From Capsulimonadaceae bacterium (GTDB lineage Bacteria > Armatimonadota > Armatimonadia > Armatimonadales > Capsulimonadaceae), in NCBI GenBank assembly GCA_965215505.1, contig OZ244065.1:2624001-2688000 (forward strand): DNA of 64,000 nt. The letters run 5' to 3'. The notes below the pieces were generated by a model. It did not search any database. It saw only the letters and a list, made by a program, of their open reading frames with translations, and was not told the origin of the DNA. Shown here piece by piece: positions 1 to 9,591 of the stretch (positions within the stretch are counted from its first letter, which is position 1; each line of letters begins with the position of its first letter). The position numbers were made by a program, and so were the translations under genes.

Positions 1-813
1 CGCAACCCGCTGGCGATGGCGAGCCTGGTCGTCCTGACTTTGATCGTCCTGCTGGCCGTCTTCTACCCTATGGTTTCGCCCTACCGCTACGACCATCAGA
101 CGAACGATTACAGCGCGCCCTCTTCGGCGCGGCACTGGCTGGGGACCGACGATTCGGGCTATGACACCCTGACCCGGCTGGCAGCGGGCGCGCGCATCTC
201 ACTGATCGTCGGGGCGGGGGTGGAGGCGTTGGTACTGCTGGTGGGGGTGCCCATCGGCCTGATCGCGGGCTACTACGGCAAGTGGCTGGACGTCGGGCTG
301 ATGCGGCTGACCGACATGATGTTCGCCTTCCCGGACATCCTTCTGGCGATCCTGATTATGGCGATTCGGGGGCCGAGCCTGCTGAACATCTTCATCGCGC
401 TGGGCATCACCGGCTGGCCCGGACTGGCCCGGCTGGTGCGCGGGCAGGCGCTCACCCTGCGCGGGCGGGAGTATGTGGAGGCGGCGCGCGCCCTGGGTGT
501 GCCGAGCGGGCAGATCATCACGCGCCACCTGCTGCCCAACCTGCTCTCGCCCATCGTCGTCGCCGCCACCATCGACATCGCGGGCGTCATCATCGCCGAG
601 GCGACTCTGTCGTTCCTGGGCATCGGCGTCCAGGACCCCGTTCCGTCTTGGGGCAAGATGATCTCCGTGCCGCTCGAATCGGGCTACTACCGCTCACACC
701 CGGAACTCGTTATTTACCCCGCGCTCTGCCTGTCGCTGACCGTCCTGAGCCTGAACTTCCTCGGCGACGCCCTGCGCGACGCGCTGGACCCGCGCACGGA
801 GAAGGGGGGCTAG
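1..813 (+). CDS. Peptide/oligopeptide ABC transporter permease (OppC/DppC family), 5' end outside window
   Basis: Frame open from base 1 (RNPLAM..); HWLGTD..G.D, EYVEAARALG EAA motif, LSFLGIG..P.PSWG, LNFLGDALRDALDP. Confidence 0.93.
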   Translation, partial: RNPLAMASLVVLTLIVLLAVFYPMVSPYRYDHQTNDYSAPSSARHWLGTDDSGYDTLTRLAAGARISLIVGAGVEALVLLVGVPIGLIAGYYGKWLDVGLMRLTDMMFAFPDILLAILIMAIRGPSLLNIFIALGITGWPGLARLVRGQALTLRGREYVEAARALGVPSGQIITRHLLPNLLSPIVVAATIDIAGVIIAEATLSFLGIGVQDPVPSWGKMISVPLESGYYRSHPELVIYPALCLSLTVLSLNFLGDALRDALDPRTEKGG

Positions 814-913
814 AGGGGACGAGTGACTGAAATCAGTCGCTGACGGGGACCTGTCCAGGGGACAGGAGCAGGACAAGGAACGGGGCCTTTAGAGTACGTT
901 GAGAAAGTCTGCG

Positions 914-1809
914 TCATGCCTTTCTGGGCTTGGGTTTGAGCCTACGGACCATCAGGTGACACATCGCCAGGCGGATCATCGCCTCGCTGCTCTCGGTCAG
1001 GAACTCGTAGTCGCGCACCAGGCGGCGGTACTTGCACAGCCACGCGAACGTGCGCTCCACGATCCAGCGGTGCGGCTGAACCGCGAAGCCCTTGACGTCC
1101 TTTTGGTCTTCGGACTTCCTGACGATCTCCAGCGTCCAGCCGTAGGACGATCTCCAGCGTCCAGCCGTAGGACGATCTCCAGCGTCCAGCCGTAGGACGA
1201 TCTCCAGCGTCCAGCCGTAGCAGGAGGCGACCCAGTCCACCAACTCGCCCCCGTAGGCGGCGTCCGCCCACACCACAGACAGGCGCGGGTAGGTGCCCTT
1301 GCAGTAGGAGAGCACTTCTTTGGCCCCGTCACGGTCCTGCACATCGCCCGCCTGGACGGAGACGGCCAGCAGGAAGCCCTGCGTGTCCACCATCAGGTGC
1401 CGCCTGCGGCCCTTGATCTTCTTGTTGGCATCATAGCCGAGGGTGCCAGGCGGCCCCCTTTTTCGCCCGCCTTGACCGTCTGGCTGTCCAGGACGGCGGC
1501 GGACGGGCTGGCCTCGCGGCCCTGCTGCTTGCGGGCCTGGTCGCGCAGGTTGTCGTGCAGGCACTCGATGGTGCCGTCGTCGCGCCATCTGCGGAACTGG
1601 TCATAGACCGTGGCCCAGGGCGGCAGATCGTGGGGCAGATCGCGCCAGGGGCAGCCCGTCCGCAGTTGGTAGAACAGGCCGTTGACGACTTCGCGCAGCG
1701 GGTGCTTGCGGCGTCGGCCCGTGCGCCCGTTGCGGGCTTTGGGCAGGCACTCTTGTAGCTTCTGCCACTGGTCGTCGGTCAGGTCGGTAGAATAGGCTCG
1801 GCGTTCCAT
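914..1809 (-). CDS. IS5 DDE transposase in two overlapping frames (-1 shift at AAAAAGGGGG, ~1454-1463)
   Basis: OrfA YSTDLTDDQW..TGCPWRDLP..DSQTVK; OrfB GYDANKKIKGRRRHLMVDTQG..WADAAY..RWIVERTFAWL. Confidence 0.9.
1121..1220. repeat. Tandem repeat 4 x 25 bp (GACGATCTCCAGCGTCCAGCCGTAG) inside the transposase
   Basis: Four perfect copies starting at 1121, 1146, 1171, 1196. Confidence 0.95.
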
Positions 1810-1933
1810 AACTACAGTGTACTTGAACGACCAAGACTTTTTCAACATACTCTTAGAATCATCCCATTCCCTTGTCCCCTGGACAAATCCTGCCATAGCG
1901 AGTGATTTCAATCACTCGTCCTCATGTCTCCAG

Positions 1934-2527
1934 TCACGCCTTTGCCGGCGCGGCGGGCGTGCTGTCCGAGGGCTTGACCGCCTCAGCGGCTTTGGCGGCG
2001 GCCTCGGCAGCCTTCTTGTCGTCCTCAGCCTTCTTCGCGGCGGCCTCGGCGGTCACGATCTTGTTGACTTCGTCCGTAAGCATCGCCCGCATCCCATCCA
2101 TCGCTTGACCGTCCTCGCCCATGATCTTGTGCAGGACTCGCCCCGTCCGCCCGGACACCAGGTACAGGCTCGGCAGGTTGGAGACGCCCCACTGCCGCGT
2201 CTGGTACAGGTCGTGGTCCACGACCAGCGTGACGGCGTCCAGCCCGCGCGCCTCGGCGAACCGGGCCAGCTCCGCCCGGTCCCCGTCGCCCACGCCCAGG
2301 GCGGTCCACTTCTGCGTCGGCAGGTCCGCCGTCCAGGTCTGCACCGCCTCCAGGGCGCGCACCGAGGGGGCCGAGTCGAGGGCATAGAAGACCACGACCA
2401 GCAGCCCCTTCGCCCGCAGCTTGGCCGTGTACTGGTAGTTGCCTTTGAGGTCGGTCAGGCCGAAGTCCTGGATGGCCCGCCCTGTCCCCGCCGTGTTCGC
2501 CCCGTAAAACCGTTCCGTTACTGACAT
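1934..2527 (-). CDS. Thioredoxin/AhpC-TSA-fold protein with Ala/Lys-rich tail
   Basis: DFGLTDLKG, VVVFY, WGVSNLPSLYLV..GRV pattern of redoxin folds; no cysteines. Confidence 0.6.
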   Translation of the reverse strand: MSVTERFYGANTAGTGRAIQDFGLTDLKGNYQYTAKLRAKGLLVVVFYALDSAPSVRALEAVQTWTADLPTQKWTALGVGDGDRAELARFAEARGLDAVTLVVDHDLYQTRQWGVSNLPSLYLVSGRTGRVLHKIMGEDGQAMDGMRAMLTDEVNKIVTAEAAAKKAEDDKKAAEAAAKAAEAVKPSDSTPAAPAKA

Positions 2528-2616
2528 GCGTGTCTCCCGAGTGTGTCATGAGTTGGACGCTCTTGACTGTATGTGCGCTCATTGTACCCGCAATCTTTCC
2601 CGCATCCGCTTCCCTC

Positions 2617-2645
2617 TTGGCCTTTGCTCTGGAACGTGCTATAAT
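2617..2645 (+). promoter_or_regulatory. Sigma70-type promoter with extended -10
   Basis: TTGGCC-N17-TATAAT with TG upstream of the -10. Confidence 0.55.
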
Positions 2646-2673
2646 CAGGCACTCACCCACCCGGAGAAGCCTG

Positions 2674-3360
2674 ATGCCCCCGAACCAGCCCGACCCCACC
2701 CGACCGGAGCCTGCCGTCTGGCCGGAAGCCCCCGACGCCTGGCCTCGCATGGCCGACGCTCTGGCGATGGAGGCGCGGCGCATCGGCCCGCGCGTCGTTT
2801 TCCTGGGCGACTCGATCACGCAGGGCTGGGGCGGCGAGGGCCGGGCCGAATGGGAAACCCGCTTCGCGCCTCTGGGCGCGGCAAACCTGGGCATCGGCGG
2901 GGACCGGACGCAGAACATCTTGTGGCGTATCGCGCACGGCGCGCTGGACGGCCTGCGCCCGGAACTCGTCGTGCTGAAGATCGGCGTCAACAATTTATGG
3001 GCGGAGGTGCAGGAGTGCGGCACGGACCAAGTCGCGAACGGCGTGGCGGCCTGCGCCGCCGCCATTCGTGCCGAATGCCCCGATGCCAGGCTGCTTGTCC
3101 TGGGCATCCTGCCGACGCAGGCCGCGCCTGACAACCCGCTGCGCGCCGTCGTCCGCGCCGTCAACGCCCGCAGCGCCGCGCTCGTGTCCGCGATGGGCGG
3201 CCGGGTCAATTTCGCCGACATCGGCGCGGCGTTCCTGGAGCCGGACGGGCGGATCTCCACAGACATCATGCCGGACGGCTGCCACCTCTCGCCGGGCGGC
3301 TACGCCCTCTTCGCCGACGCCCTGGAGCCTCTGGTCCGGGGACTGCTGAACTCACGCTAG
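2674..3360 (+). CDS. SGNH/GDSL esterase (PAF-acetylhydrolase-like)
   Basis: FLGDSITQ, GIGGDRT, IGVNN, DGCHL blocks; GGAG RBS before ATG 2674. Confidence 0.9.
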   Translation: MPPNQPDPTRPEPAVWPEAPDAWPRMADALAMEARRIGPRVVFLGDSITQGWGGEGRAEWETRFAPLGAANLGIGGDRTQNILWRIAHGALDGLRPELVVLKIGVNNLWAEVQECGTDQVANGVAACAAAIRAECPDARLLVLGILPTQAAPDNPLRAVVRAVNARSAALVSAMGGRVNFADIGAAFLEPDGRISTDIMPDGCHLSPGGYALFADALEPLVRGLLNSR

Positions 3361-3372
3361 GAGACACCGCTG

Positions 3373-4200
3373 TTGGAACCGAAGCACCCCACCCCTTTAG
3401 ACGACTTCCTATTTGACCTGAACGGCTACCTCATCCTGAGAAACGCCGTCGAGCCGGCCCTGGTGTCTGACCTGAACCGCGCGTTTGACGACTTCCCGCC
3501 GCTCCAGCCGATGGAGTGGTGGGGGAACACGCAGCGGCGCGACTATACCGCCGAAACCGGCTTCGAGCTGCACAACTGCGTCGAGGCCGGTGCCCCGTTC
3601 GAGGCGCTGATCGACCACCCCGGCTGGGTGAGCCATGTCCGGCGGTACTGCGGGGAGCAGGACTCCTACGTCGAGGGCCTGTTTATCGATGAAACCATCG
3701 CCTCCATCCGCCGGTCCGGGGGGCATCACCCCGTCCACTCGGGCGGCTACAAGGGCGCGCTGCGCGGGGCCTACCATTTCAAGGACGGCGAGTTCCGGTG
3801 CGGCCAGTGCAACGTCATCCTCGCCCTCACCGACATCGGGGAGGGCGACGGGCCGACGATGGTGGTCCCCGGCAGCCACAAGTCCAACTTCCCCCACCCG
3901 CTGGCGGGCGACTACGAGCGCGGCGACCGCATGGACGACCTGCCGGGCGCGGTCCCCGTCTACCTCAGCAAAGGCGACGCCGTGCTGTTCTGCGACGGCC
4001 TGATGCACGGCGGCAGCAGCCGGACTCGGGAGGGCGGCGAGCGGCGCGTCACGATCTACCGCTACGGGCCGGTCTGGGGCGCGACCCGCTTCGGCTATGA
4101 GTATTCCCCCGCCCTGCTTGCCCGGCTGACACCCGAGCGACGCCGCATCTTGCAGCCCGTGGTCCCTGCCCGACCGCCTGCCTCCCAAAAAAGCGCTTGA
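3373..4200 (+). CDS. Phytanoyl-CoA dioxygenase (PhyH)-family Fe(II)/2OG oxygenase
   Basis: NGYLILRNA, ALTD..DGPT.VVPGSHK, KGDAVLF..LMHG; TTG start with GGAG RBS. Confidence 0.85.
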   Translation: MEPKHPTPLDDFLFDLNGYLILRNAVEPALVSDLNRAFDDFPPLQPMEWWGNTQRRDYTAETGFELHNCVEAGAPFEALIDHPGWVSHVRRYCGEQDSYVEGLFIDETIASIRRSGGHHPVHSGGYKGALRGAYHFKDGEFRCGQCNVILALTDIGEGDGPTMVVPGSHKSNFPHPLAGDYERGDRMDDLPGAVPVYLSKGDAVLFCDGLMHGGSSRTREGGERRVTIYRYGPVWGATRFGYEYSPALLARLTPERRRILQPVVPARPPASQKSA

Positions 4201-4221
4201 CTTTTCGCCGGGCCTGTGTTA
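4186..4221 (+). repeat. Direct repeat copy 1, containing promoter TTGACT-N17-TACCAT
   Basis: 34/36 identical to 7556-7591; 27-bp perfect core GCTTGACTTTTCGCCGGGCCTGTGTTA. Confidence 0.9.
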
Positions 4222-4260
4222 CCATGGTAGCAGTCGCCACAAACAAGCCGGGTCGAAGTC

Positions 4261-6255
4261 GTGCCGCAAGGAAAATGTCATGTCGCCTTGTCCGCTGCCG
4301 TCCGCCGTGCCGCCCTGCTGTGTGTCTTTTTTGCTGCCACCTTCGCGTCCGGCACCATCCTCTCTCCACATGCTTCCGCGCAACAGCCCGGCGGCGGTGG
4401 ATCGCCGGGCGGTGGCAGCTCCCCCGACGGATCTGCCGCCGGCTGGGTCCCACAGCCCCGCCCCGGCGTGACCGATCCTCAGTCATACGGTGACTACGAC
4501 TGGACCGGCCTTGATGGCAGCGTCATCCGCACCCCCTTCACCGGATCATACCCGCCGGAGATTTACCACGACTACGGCGGCAGTGAAGGCTTCAGCACCG
4601 GCGGCAGCTACTTCATGGAGTACCCCTTCAACGGCACCGGCGGGACCGGCAATACGCTCGCCGAGGTCTACACCCAGTTCAGCGGGACGACCACCTACAA
4701 GTGGAAGTGGGTGCCGCCCAACAACGCGGCGGGCCAGCCCGACACAGCGAACTTCCCCGCCCCGACCTTGTTCACGCTTTACGACATGTATGCGACGCTC
4801 GGGACGCAGTTGTGGAGTCCGCCCTACAACGCGGGCTTGGCGGCTTCGGGGACCGTTTCGGATGGCGCTCCCGACAATTGGACTTCCTCGGTGTCTACGG
4901 TGCCGCAGGTAATCACGGATGTCTTCCCGCGCCAGATGGTGCTGCCCGGCTCGGCCCCGGACTCTGGAGGCGTTTCCTCGGTGGCGATGGCACTCTCGGG
5001 GAACCTTGACGTGACGGGGAAGCAGTCGGTGGTGGTGGGCGGGTACACGGGGACGGGTGCCATGTGCATCAGCGCGACGACCGTGAACGGCCAGGCCTAC
5101 CCCATCACGCTGGCCGCCCCCGACCCTCTGACCAACCCCCTGCTGGGTGATGGCACCAACCAGTATGTCTACGATACGGAGCAGCCTGACGGCTACCTTG
5201 CGGTCCCCGCCTCCGTAAGCGTCCCCGGCGCGGGAACCGCCGACACAGCCTTCCTCCTGCCGCACGTCGCGCTCTCCGTCGCCCCCGCCATGCAGACGGG
5301 GGCGCAGCCCTTCCAGTGGACGAACTCCGGCTCCCAGATGTACGTCTACACGTCGGGCAGCTATCCAAGCGGCACCAGCTACCCCTCGGCGGCCTTCGTC
5401 TACAAGGGCCTGCCGCCCAATAACAGCTACTTCGGCAACCACACCATGACCATGAAGGTAGACGGCACGGTTTCGCAGACGGCCAACTACCAGTTGTTTT
5501 TCAACGCCACCACTAACAACTATCCAGGGGCGTTAGAATATGATAATCAAGGTGCCCTGAGCTACACCGGAATCCCGGATTGGTACTTCTATTATAACCA
5601 AGTGTATCCCGCGCCTGGTGGCTACAAGATGGGAAAAAGTTCCGAATATAATCCTGACGCCAATACGATTGACATATCAGATGACGCTCACGGCGTCTAC
5701 ACAATGCGTATCTTTCACCTTAATTCTTCTACGAACAAGGTTGAATATCTCGGTTCTTTGTCACTGGCTGGGCTTCATACCTACATAGAAGTCATTGGGC
5801 ACGAGTTAGGGCACAAGTATGCGGCAAACCACAACATAGAAGTTTCTAACTCAACTGCATCTCACCCTGATCACGACAACGACGGTTTGGATGACAACTG
5901 GGAACTATTGAATGGTTTCGATCCTAATAAATCTGACACTACCGGGGCCTATGCCAACATACCTTCGACCGACGCAGACTTCGGAAAAGGTGATCGCGAG
6001 TGCGTTGCGGATATACAAGCTTTGGGGGCATTGTTAACGCCTACAGCATCGGGTACCGTCAAGAGCCTTTGGAAACAGGATTGGGCGAACGATGGCTCAC
6101 AGTGGGGTACATGGAATCAGCATACTCCAGCCCTAAATCCCTCTGCGCCTTATTGGCCCTGGTACTTCGCTTCATCGGTTAATGGAGCGAGAGCAGCCGA
6201 CCCACCTTCTGATGCATTGTCAAAACTAACTCAATTACCGAACAATGGTAACTGA
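4261..6255 (+). CDS. Secreted protein with C-terminal zincin-like HExxH motif and Ca-binding DxDxDG repeat
   Basis: Signal-peptide-like N-terminus (..PHASA|QQ); GHELGH; DHDNDGLDDNWE; 3' part visibly AT-richer; start codon uncertain. Confidence 0.65.
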   Translation: MPQGKCHVALSAAVRRAALLCVFFAATFASGTILSPHASAQQPGGGGSPGGGSSPDGSAAGWVPQPRPGVTDPQSYGDYDWTGLDGSVIRTPFTGSYPPEIYHDYGGSEGFSTGGSYFMEYPFNGTGGTGNTLAEVYTQFSGTTTYKWKWVPPNNAAGQPDTANFPAPTLFTLYDMYATLGTQLWSPPYNAGLAASGTVSDGAPDNWTSSVSTVPQVITDVFPRQMVLPGSAPDSGGVSSVAMALSGNLDVTGKQSVVVGGYTGTGAMCISATTVNGQAYPITLAAPDPLTNPLLGDGTNQYVYDTEQPDGYLAVPASVSVPGAGTADTAFLLPHVALSVAPAMQTGAQPFQWTNSGSQMYVYTSGSYPSGTSYPSAAFVYKGLPPNNSYFGNHTMTMKVDGTVSQTANYQLFFNATTNNYPGALEYDNQGALSYTGIPDWYFYYNQVYPAPGGYKMGKSSEYNPDANTIDISDDAHGVYTMRIFHLNSSTNKVEYLGSLSLAGLHTYIEVIGHELGHKYAANHNIEVSNSTASHPDHDNDGLDDNWELLNGFDPNKSDTTGAYANIPSTDADFGKGDRECVADIQALGALLTPTASGTVKSLWKQDWANDGSQWGTWNQHTPALNPSAPYWPWYFASSVNGARAADPPSDALSKLTQLPNNGN

Positions 6256-6289
6256 GTACAGCCTTCTGAGACGCCAGAAAAGCACAACT

Positions 6290-7366
6290 ATGAAACTCTT
6301 AACGGCTTTCTTTTCTATCGTTGGCATTTGTGGATTCTTCCTAGTGATGTCTGTCATGCAGGCAGTACCAATGCCAGGAGCCAGACTCGCCCCAGCACAA
6401 GTGCCAGATCTCTCAGCCCGACTCTTCGGTTCCTCTGCGCCGGTGAAACAATGGAGATATTCCTCCGCGAAACCTGCTGCTCCCTCGTCGCCGGATGAAT
6501 ACGATTATTTAGCAGGCATCCGAGTGGCGGGATTAAATAGGGACTCATCTCGCTTGGCTGATATGGTTGCCTGTTTGAAAAGCACTGACCCAGCTTCTGT
6601 TGCCACTGGCTTACACGCGCTCGCGCACCTGGGAGATGAGCGGGCCATACCTGATGTGGAACAGGTCGTACAAAACTACCCTGCCGGATACATACGCGCG
6701 GAGGCTAAATCAGCACGCGCGAGGCTACTTGCAGAATCTACAGGTCGGAGCCTTACTATACCCGGTGATCGCGCGGGTGTGAAAACAACAAAGTTCATGT
6801 CTGAGGAGGGGATAGACGCCACTATACTCAACGCGGGGGTTTTGGCCTACTATAGTTCATCCGGTGAAGGTCAAGGATTGCCCCATGAAGTAGACTCCTT
6901 GCGGGAACTCGCGGATATGGCATATCGGGAACCTGATGCCGACTATCTGGCCCTGCCACTGCTACAGAAGATAAACTTCAGCCAAGACCCCGGTTCGACC
7001 CTAAAGATCAAACTGGCGGTCATGCCGAAAGCAGCCAGAGTCCCCTGGATGATTAACGAACTAGCGCATAAGACCATCCTCCACAAAGAGGATGCATTAT
7101 TGACTCAACTAGCGGTCGATGAAGGCACATCGTCTAGCCAGCAAGTCGCCATCAAGTTAACAGAAATGGATGCTCAAAGGGACCAGTATACATACACTGG
7201 ATTTTCAGCGCTATTTGATGTTTTACGCGGCATAGGGGATAGCCGGCAGGCACCAACTGTTGAGCATTTCCTAAACGACAAAGACACCTGGGTGGCTTAC
7301 TATGCACAACAGGTTTATCCAGACGTAAAAAGAGGGCTACGTCGGCAGTATGCCATTGGCTACTGA
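6290..7366 (+). CDS. Exported HEAT-repeat-like hypothetical protein
   Basis: Hydrophobic N-terminus; ALAHLGDERAIPDV and LRGIGDSRQAPTV HEAT-like motifs; low GC; alternative start 6245. Confidence 0.6.
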   Translation: MKLLTAFFSIVGICGFFLVMSVMQAVPMPGARLAPAQVPDLSARLFGSSAPVKQWRYSSAKPAAPSSPDEYDYLAGIRVAGLNRDSSRLADMVACLKSTDPASVATGLHALAHLGDERAIPDVEQVVQNYPAGYIRAEAKSARARLLAESTGRSLTIPGDRAGVKTTKFMSEEGIDATILNAGVLAYYSSSGEGQGLPHEVDSLRELADMAYREPDADYLALPLLQKINFSQDPGSTLKIKLAVMPKAARVPWMINELAHKTILHKEDALLTQLAVDEGTSSSQQVAIKLTEMDAQRDQYTYTGFSALFDVLRGIGDSRQAPTVEHFLNDKDTWVAYYAQQVYPDVKRGLRRQYAIGY

Positions 7367-7555
7367 TGGAACGCCCTCCGGAATAGTGTCTTACCGCTCC
7401 GTAGAAGCCATTCGCCGTGTCTAACGGGGCAGGCACTATGATAACCCATAAACTTCTACAGAGCGCTCAACACCCTCTAGCCTCCTCCCTGACAGCAACC
7501 ACCTCGACAATCGAAAGATGCGGAAATCCTACGGAACACGAAGAGCAAAGCGGCA

Positions 7556-7591
7556 CAAAAAACTGCTTGACTTTTCGCCGGGCCTGTGTTA
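7556..7591 (+). repeat. Direct repeat copy 2, containing promoter TTGACT-N17-TAAAGT
   Basis: Matches 4186-4221. Confidence 0.9.
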
Positions 7592-7716
7592 AAGTAGGGG
7601 AACACCGAATTCCGGCCATGAACTCCGGCCCCGAACCTGCCGAACACACAACCCACCGACGTGTCATAAACCGTTCACGCGCTATGGCCCGATCCCCCTT
7701 GCCTGGAGGCGTTTGC

Positions 7717-9576
7717 ATGAAACTCTGTCTGAAGGACCTGACCGGCGCGGCGACGATGCTGGCCGCCGCGCTCGGCCTGAGCCTCTTCGGCCCCCACCGG
7801 GCCTACGCCGCGCCCGGCGGAATCACCGCCCCCGGCGAGAGCGAGCTGGACGTCAAGGTCCTCAGCCCCGACCCGCACACGCCGCTCGTCGGCCTGAAGC
7901 CCGTAGACATCTCCGCCTTCTACCAGGGCACGCCCGGCAACCAGATCGTCGCCGTGGAGCTGTACCTGGACGGAAGGAAGGTGGCGGCCCGGACTCTGGA
8001 CGTGCCCGAGACGCGCGGCGTGGTCTCGTTCCTCGTGGACGCTTCCCAGATCACGCCGGGCGCGCACAAGGTCGTGGTCAGGGTGACGGCGGCCGACCAG
8101 GAAGTCAAGTCTGTCCGCTCCGTCTTCCAGTTCGGCGAGCCGGCCCCGGACAGCCCCGCAACGGGCAGCCTCCCCGGACTCTCGCCCACCGCGCCCGGCA
8201 TCGGGGCCGGGGCCGCCCCCACACTGCGCCTGTTCGACCCGTCGGAGAACGGCAAGGTGCAGGGGACCGTGACCATCAAGGTCAAGGCGACCGACCCGAG
8301 CGGCAAAAATCCTTACGTCTCGCTGTTCATTGACAAGAAGTTCGAGACGCTGCGGAACTACGCCCCCTACGAGTTCGAGTGGGACACGACGGCCTACCCT
8401 AACGGCTACCACACGATCGAGGTGTCCGGCTACAACGAGTCCTCGCCGGGCAGCAGCGAGTCGAAGAGCCTGCGCCTGTATATCAACAACCCCGGCGGCG
8501 AAACCTCCATCCGGCGTGACCTGATGGACGGCGTCAAGCCTGCCAAGACGCGCGCCCCCCGGACATCCGCCCCCCGGAAGAGCGTCGGCCGGCCCCTGCC
8601 GCTGCGCCGCCCCGACCTGCTGACGGCGGACGAGCGCCGGGCGGACAAGGATAATGCACAGCGCGTGGCCTCGGTCATGCCCCGGCACATCCAGTCCACG
8701 CGCGAGGTCGTTCAGCATCTGGTGCGCGGGGCCGGCTCGCTCCGCTTCGGCCCGATTGACGCCGCGACCGAACTGTCCGCGCCGTTCGCCGCAGAGACGC
8801 CCGCCGCGCCCGTCCTGAACGAGAGCGCCCCGCACATCGCGCCGCCCCGCATCGCCCGGACCATGCGGGCAGGCGGCCACAAGCCCATGCCCGCCGCTGT
8901 CGCCGCCGCCGCGCCGGACGTTGACCCGAACACGGCTGCCCTGGCCGACCTGACCCGCTCCGCACGCCGCGTGTCGGGCAAGATCGCCCGCCTCCAGCGC
9001 ATGGCCGGGCTGCGCCTGCCGGACAGCGACCTGGCCTCGCCCTTCCTGGCGGCCCCGCGCGCCCAGCCGCTCCCCGCCGCCACGGTCGTCAAGATCGCCG
9101 CCTACCAGGCCCGGATACAGGCGACCGAGCGGATCACCCATTCGGCGATCAAGCCGGTGATGCGGATGCACCCGCTGCGGGTCCACCTCCCTACGGGCCT
9201 TGGCAACCTCCTGCGGAGCGTCGGGCAGACCTCCATCGTGTTCAACCATACGACGGTGCGGATAGACCGGCCCCTGGCCGCGTCGGGCGGCGTCCTCTTC
9301 GGCCCGCTGCGCCAGATCTTCGAGCAGGGCGGCGGCACCCTCACCTGGGAGTCCCGGACGGGGATCGTCCGCGCCAAAAGCGCGACGAAGGACATCCAGC
9401 TCACCATCGGCAAGAACAAGGCCGTGATTAACGCGAAGGCCGTCTCGCTGGACGGCAAGCCGTACCTGCTCATGGGCCGGACGATGGTCCCGCTGTCGTT
9501 CGTGACGGCGGCCATGGACGCGGACGTGCAGTACGACGCCGCGACGGGCCACCTGCTGATCACGAGCCGCAAGTAG
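7717..9576 (+). CDS. Secreted protein with Ig-like (Big) domains and C-terminal copper-amine-oxidase-N (stalk) domain
   Basis: GGAGG RBS, signal peptide, APYEFEWDTT..NGYHTI, GRTMVPLSFV..ADVQYD. Confidence 0.8.
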   Translation: MKLCLKDLTGAATMLAAALGLSLFGPHRAYAAPGGITAPGESELDVKVLSPDPHTPLVGLKPVDISAFYQGTPGNQIVAVELYLDGRKVAARTLDVPETRGVVSFLVDASQITPGAHKVVVRVTAADQEVKSVRSVFQFGEPAPDSPATGSLPGLSPTAPGIGAGAAPTLRLFDPSENGKVQGTVTIKVKATDPSGKNPYVSLFIDKKFETLRNYAPYEFEWDTTAYPNGYHTIEVSGYNESSPGSSESKSLRLYINNPGGETSIRRDLMDGVKPAKTRAPRTSAPRKSVGRPLPLRRPDLLTADERRADKDNAQRVASVMPRHIQSTREVVQHLVRGAGSLRFGPIDAATELSAPFAAETPAAPVLNESAPHIAPPRIARTMRAGGHKPMPAAVAAAAPDVDPNTAALADLTRSARRVSGKIARLQRMAGLRLPDSDLASPFLAAPRAQPLPAATVVKIAAYQARIQATERITHSAIKPVMRMHPLRVHLPTGLGNLLRSVGQTSIVFNHTTVRIDRPLAASGGVLFGPLRQIFEQGGGTLTWESRTGIVRAKSATKDIQLTIGKNKAVINAKAVSLDGKPYLLMGRTMVPLSFVTAAMDADVQYDAATGHLLITSRK

Positions 9577-9591
9577 TCGCTTCTTCGGTCC

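Larger units (their letters stand above)
892..1852 (-). mobile_element. IS5-family insertion sequence (IS1031-like), 961 bp
   Basis: TIRs GAGTACGTTGAGAAAGTCT (892-910) and AGACTTTTTCAACATACTC (1834-1852), 17/19 match; TTA target duplication at 889-891 and 1853-1855. Confidence 0.93.
818..1920. repeat. Palindromic REPIN-like element (CGAGTGA..GAAATCACTCGCT / GTCCAGGGGAC family) interrupted by the IS5 element
   Basis: Left arm 818-866 and right arm ~1872-1920 are reverse complements; uninterrupted relatives at 56450-56582 and 60741-60880. Confidence 0.8.

Noticed and set aside
914-1809. Transposase as a frameshifted pseudogene
   Set aside because: The break falls at the slippery site typical of the family, and TIRs and target duplication are intact.
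4186-7591. Prophage or integrative element att sites
   Set aside because: No integrase, tRNA or phage genes; kept only as a promoter-duplication cassette.
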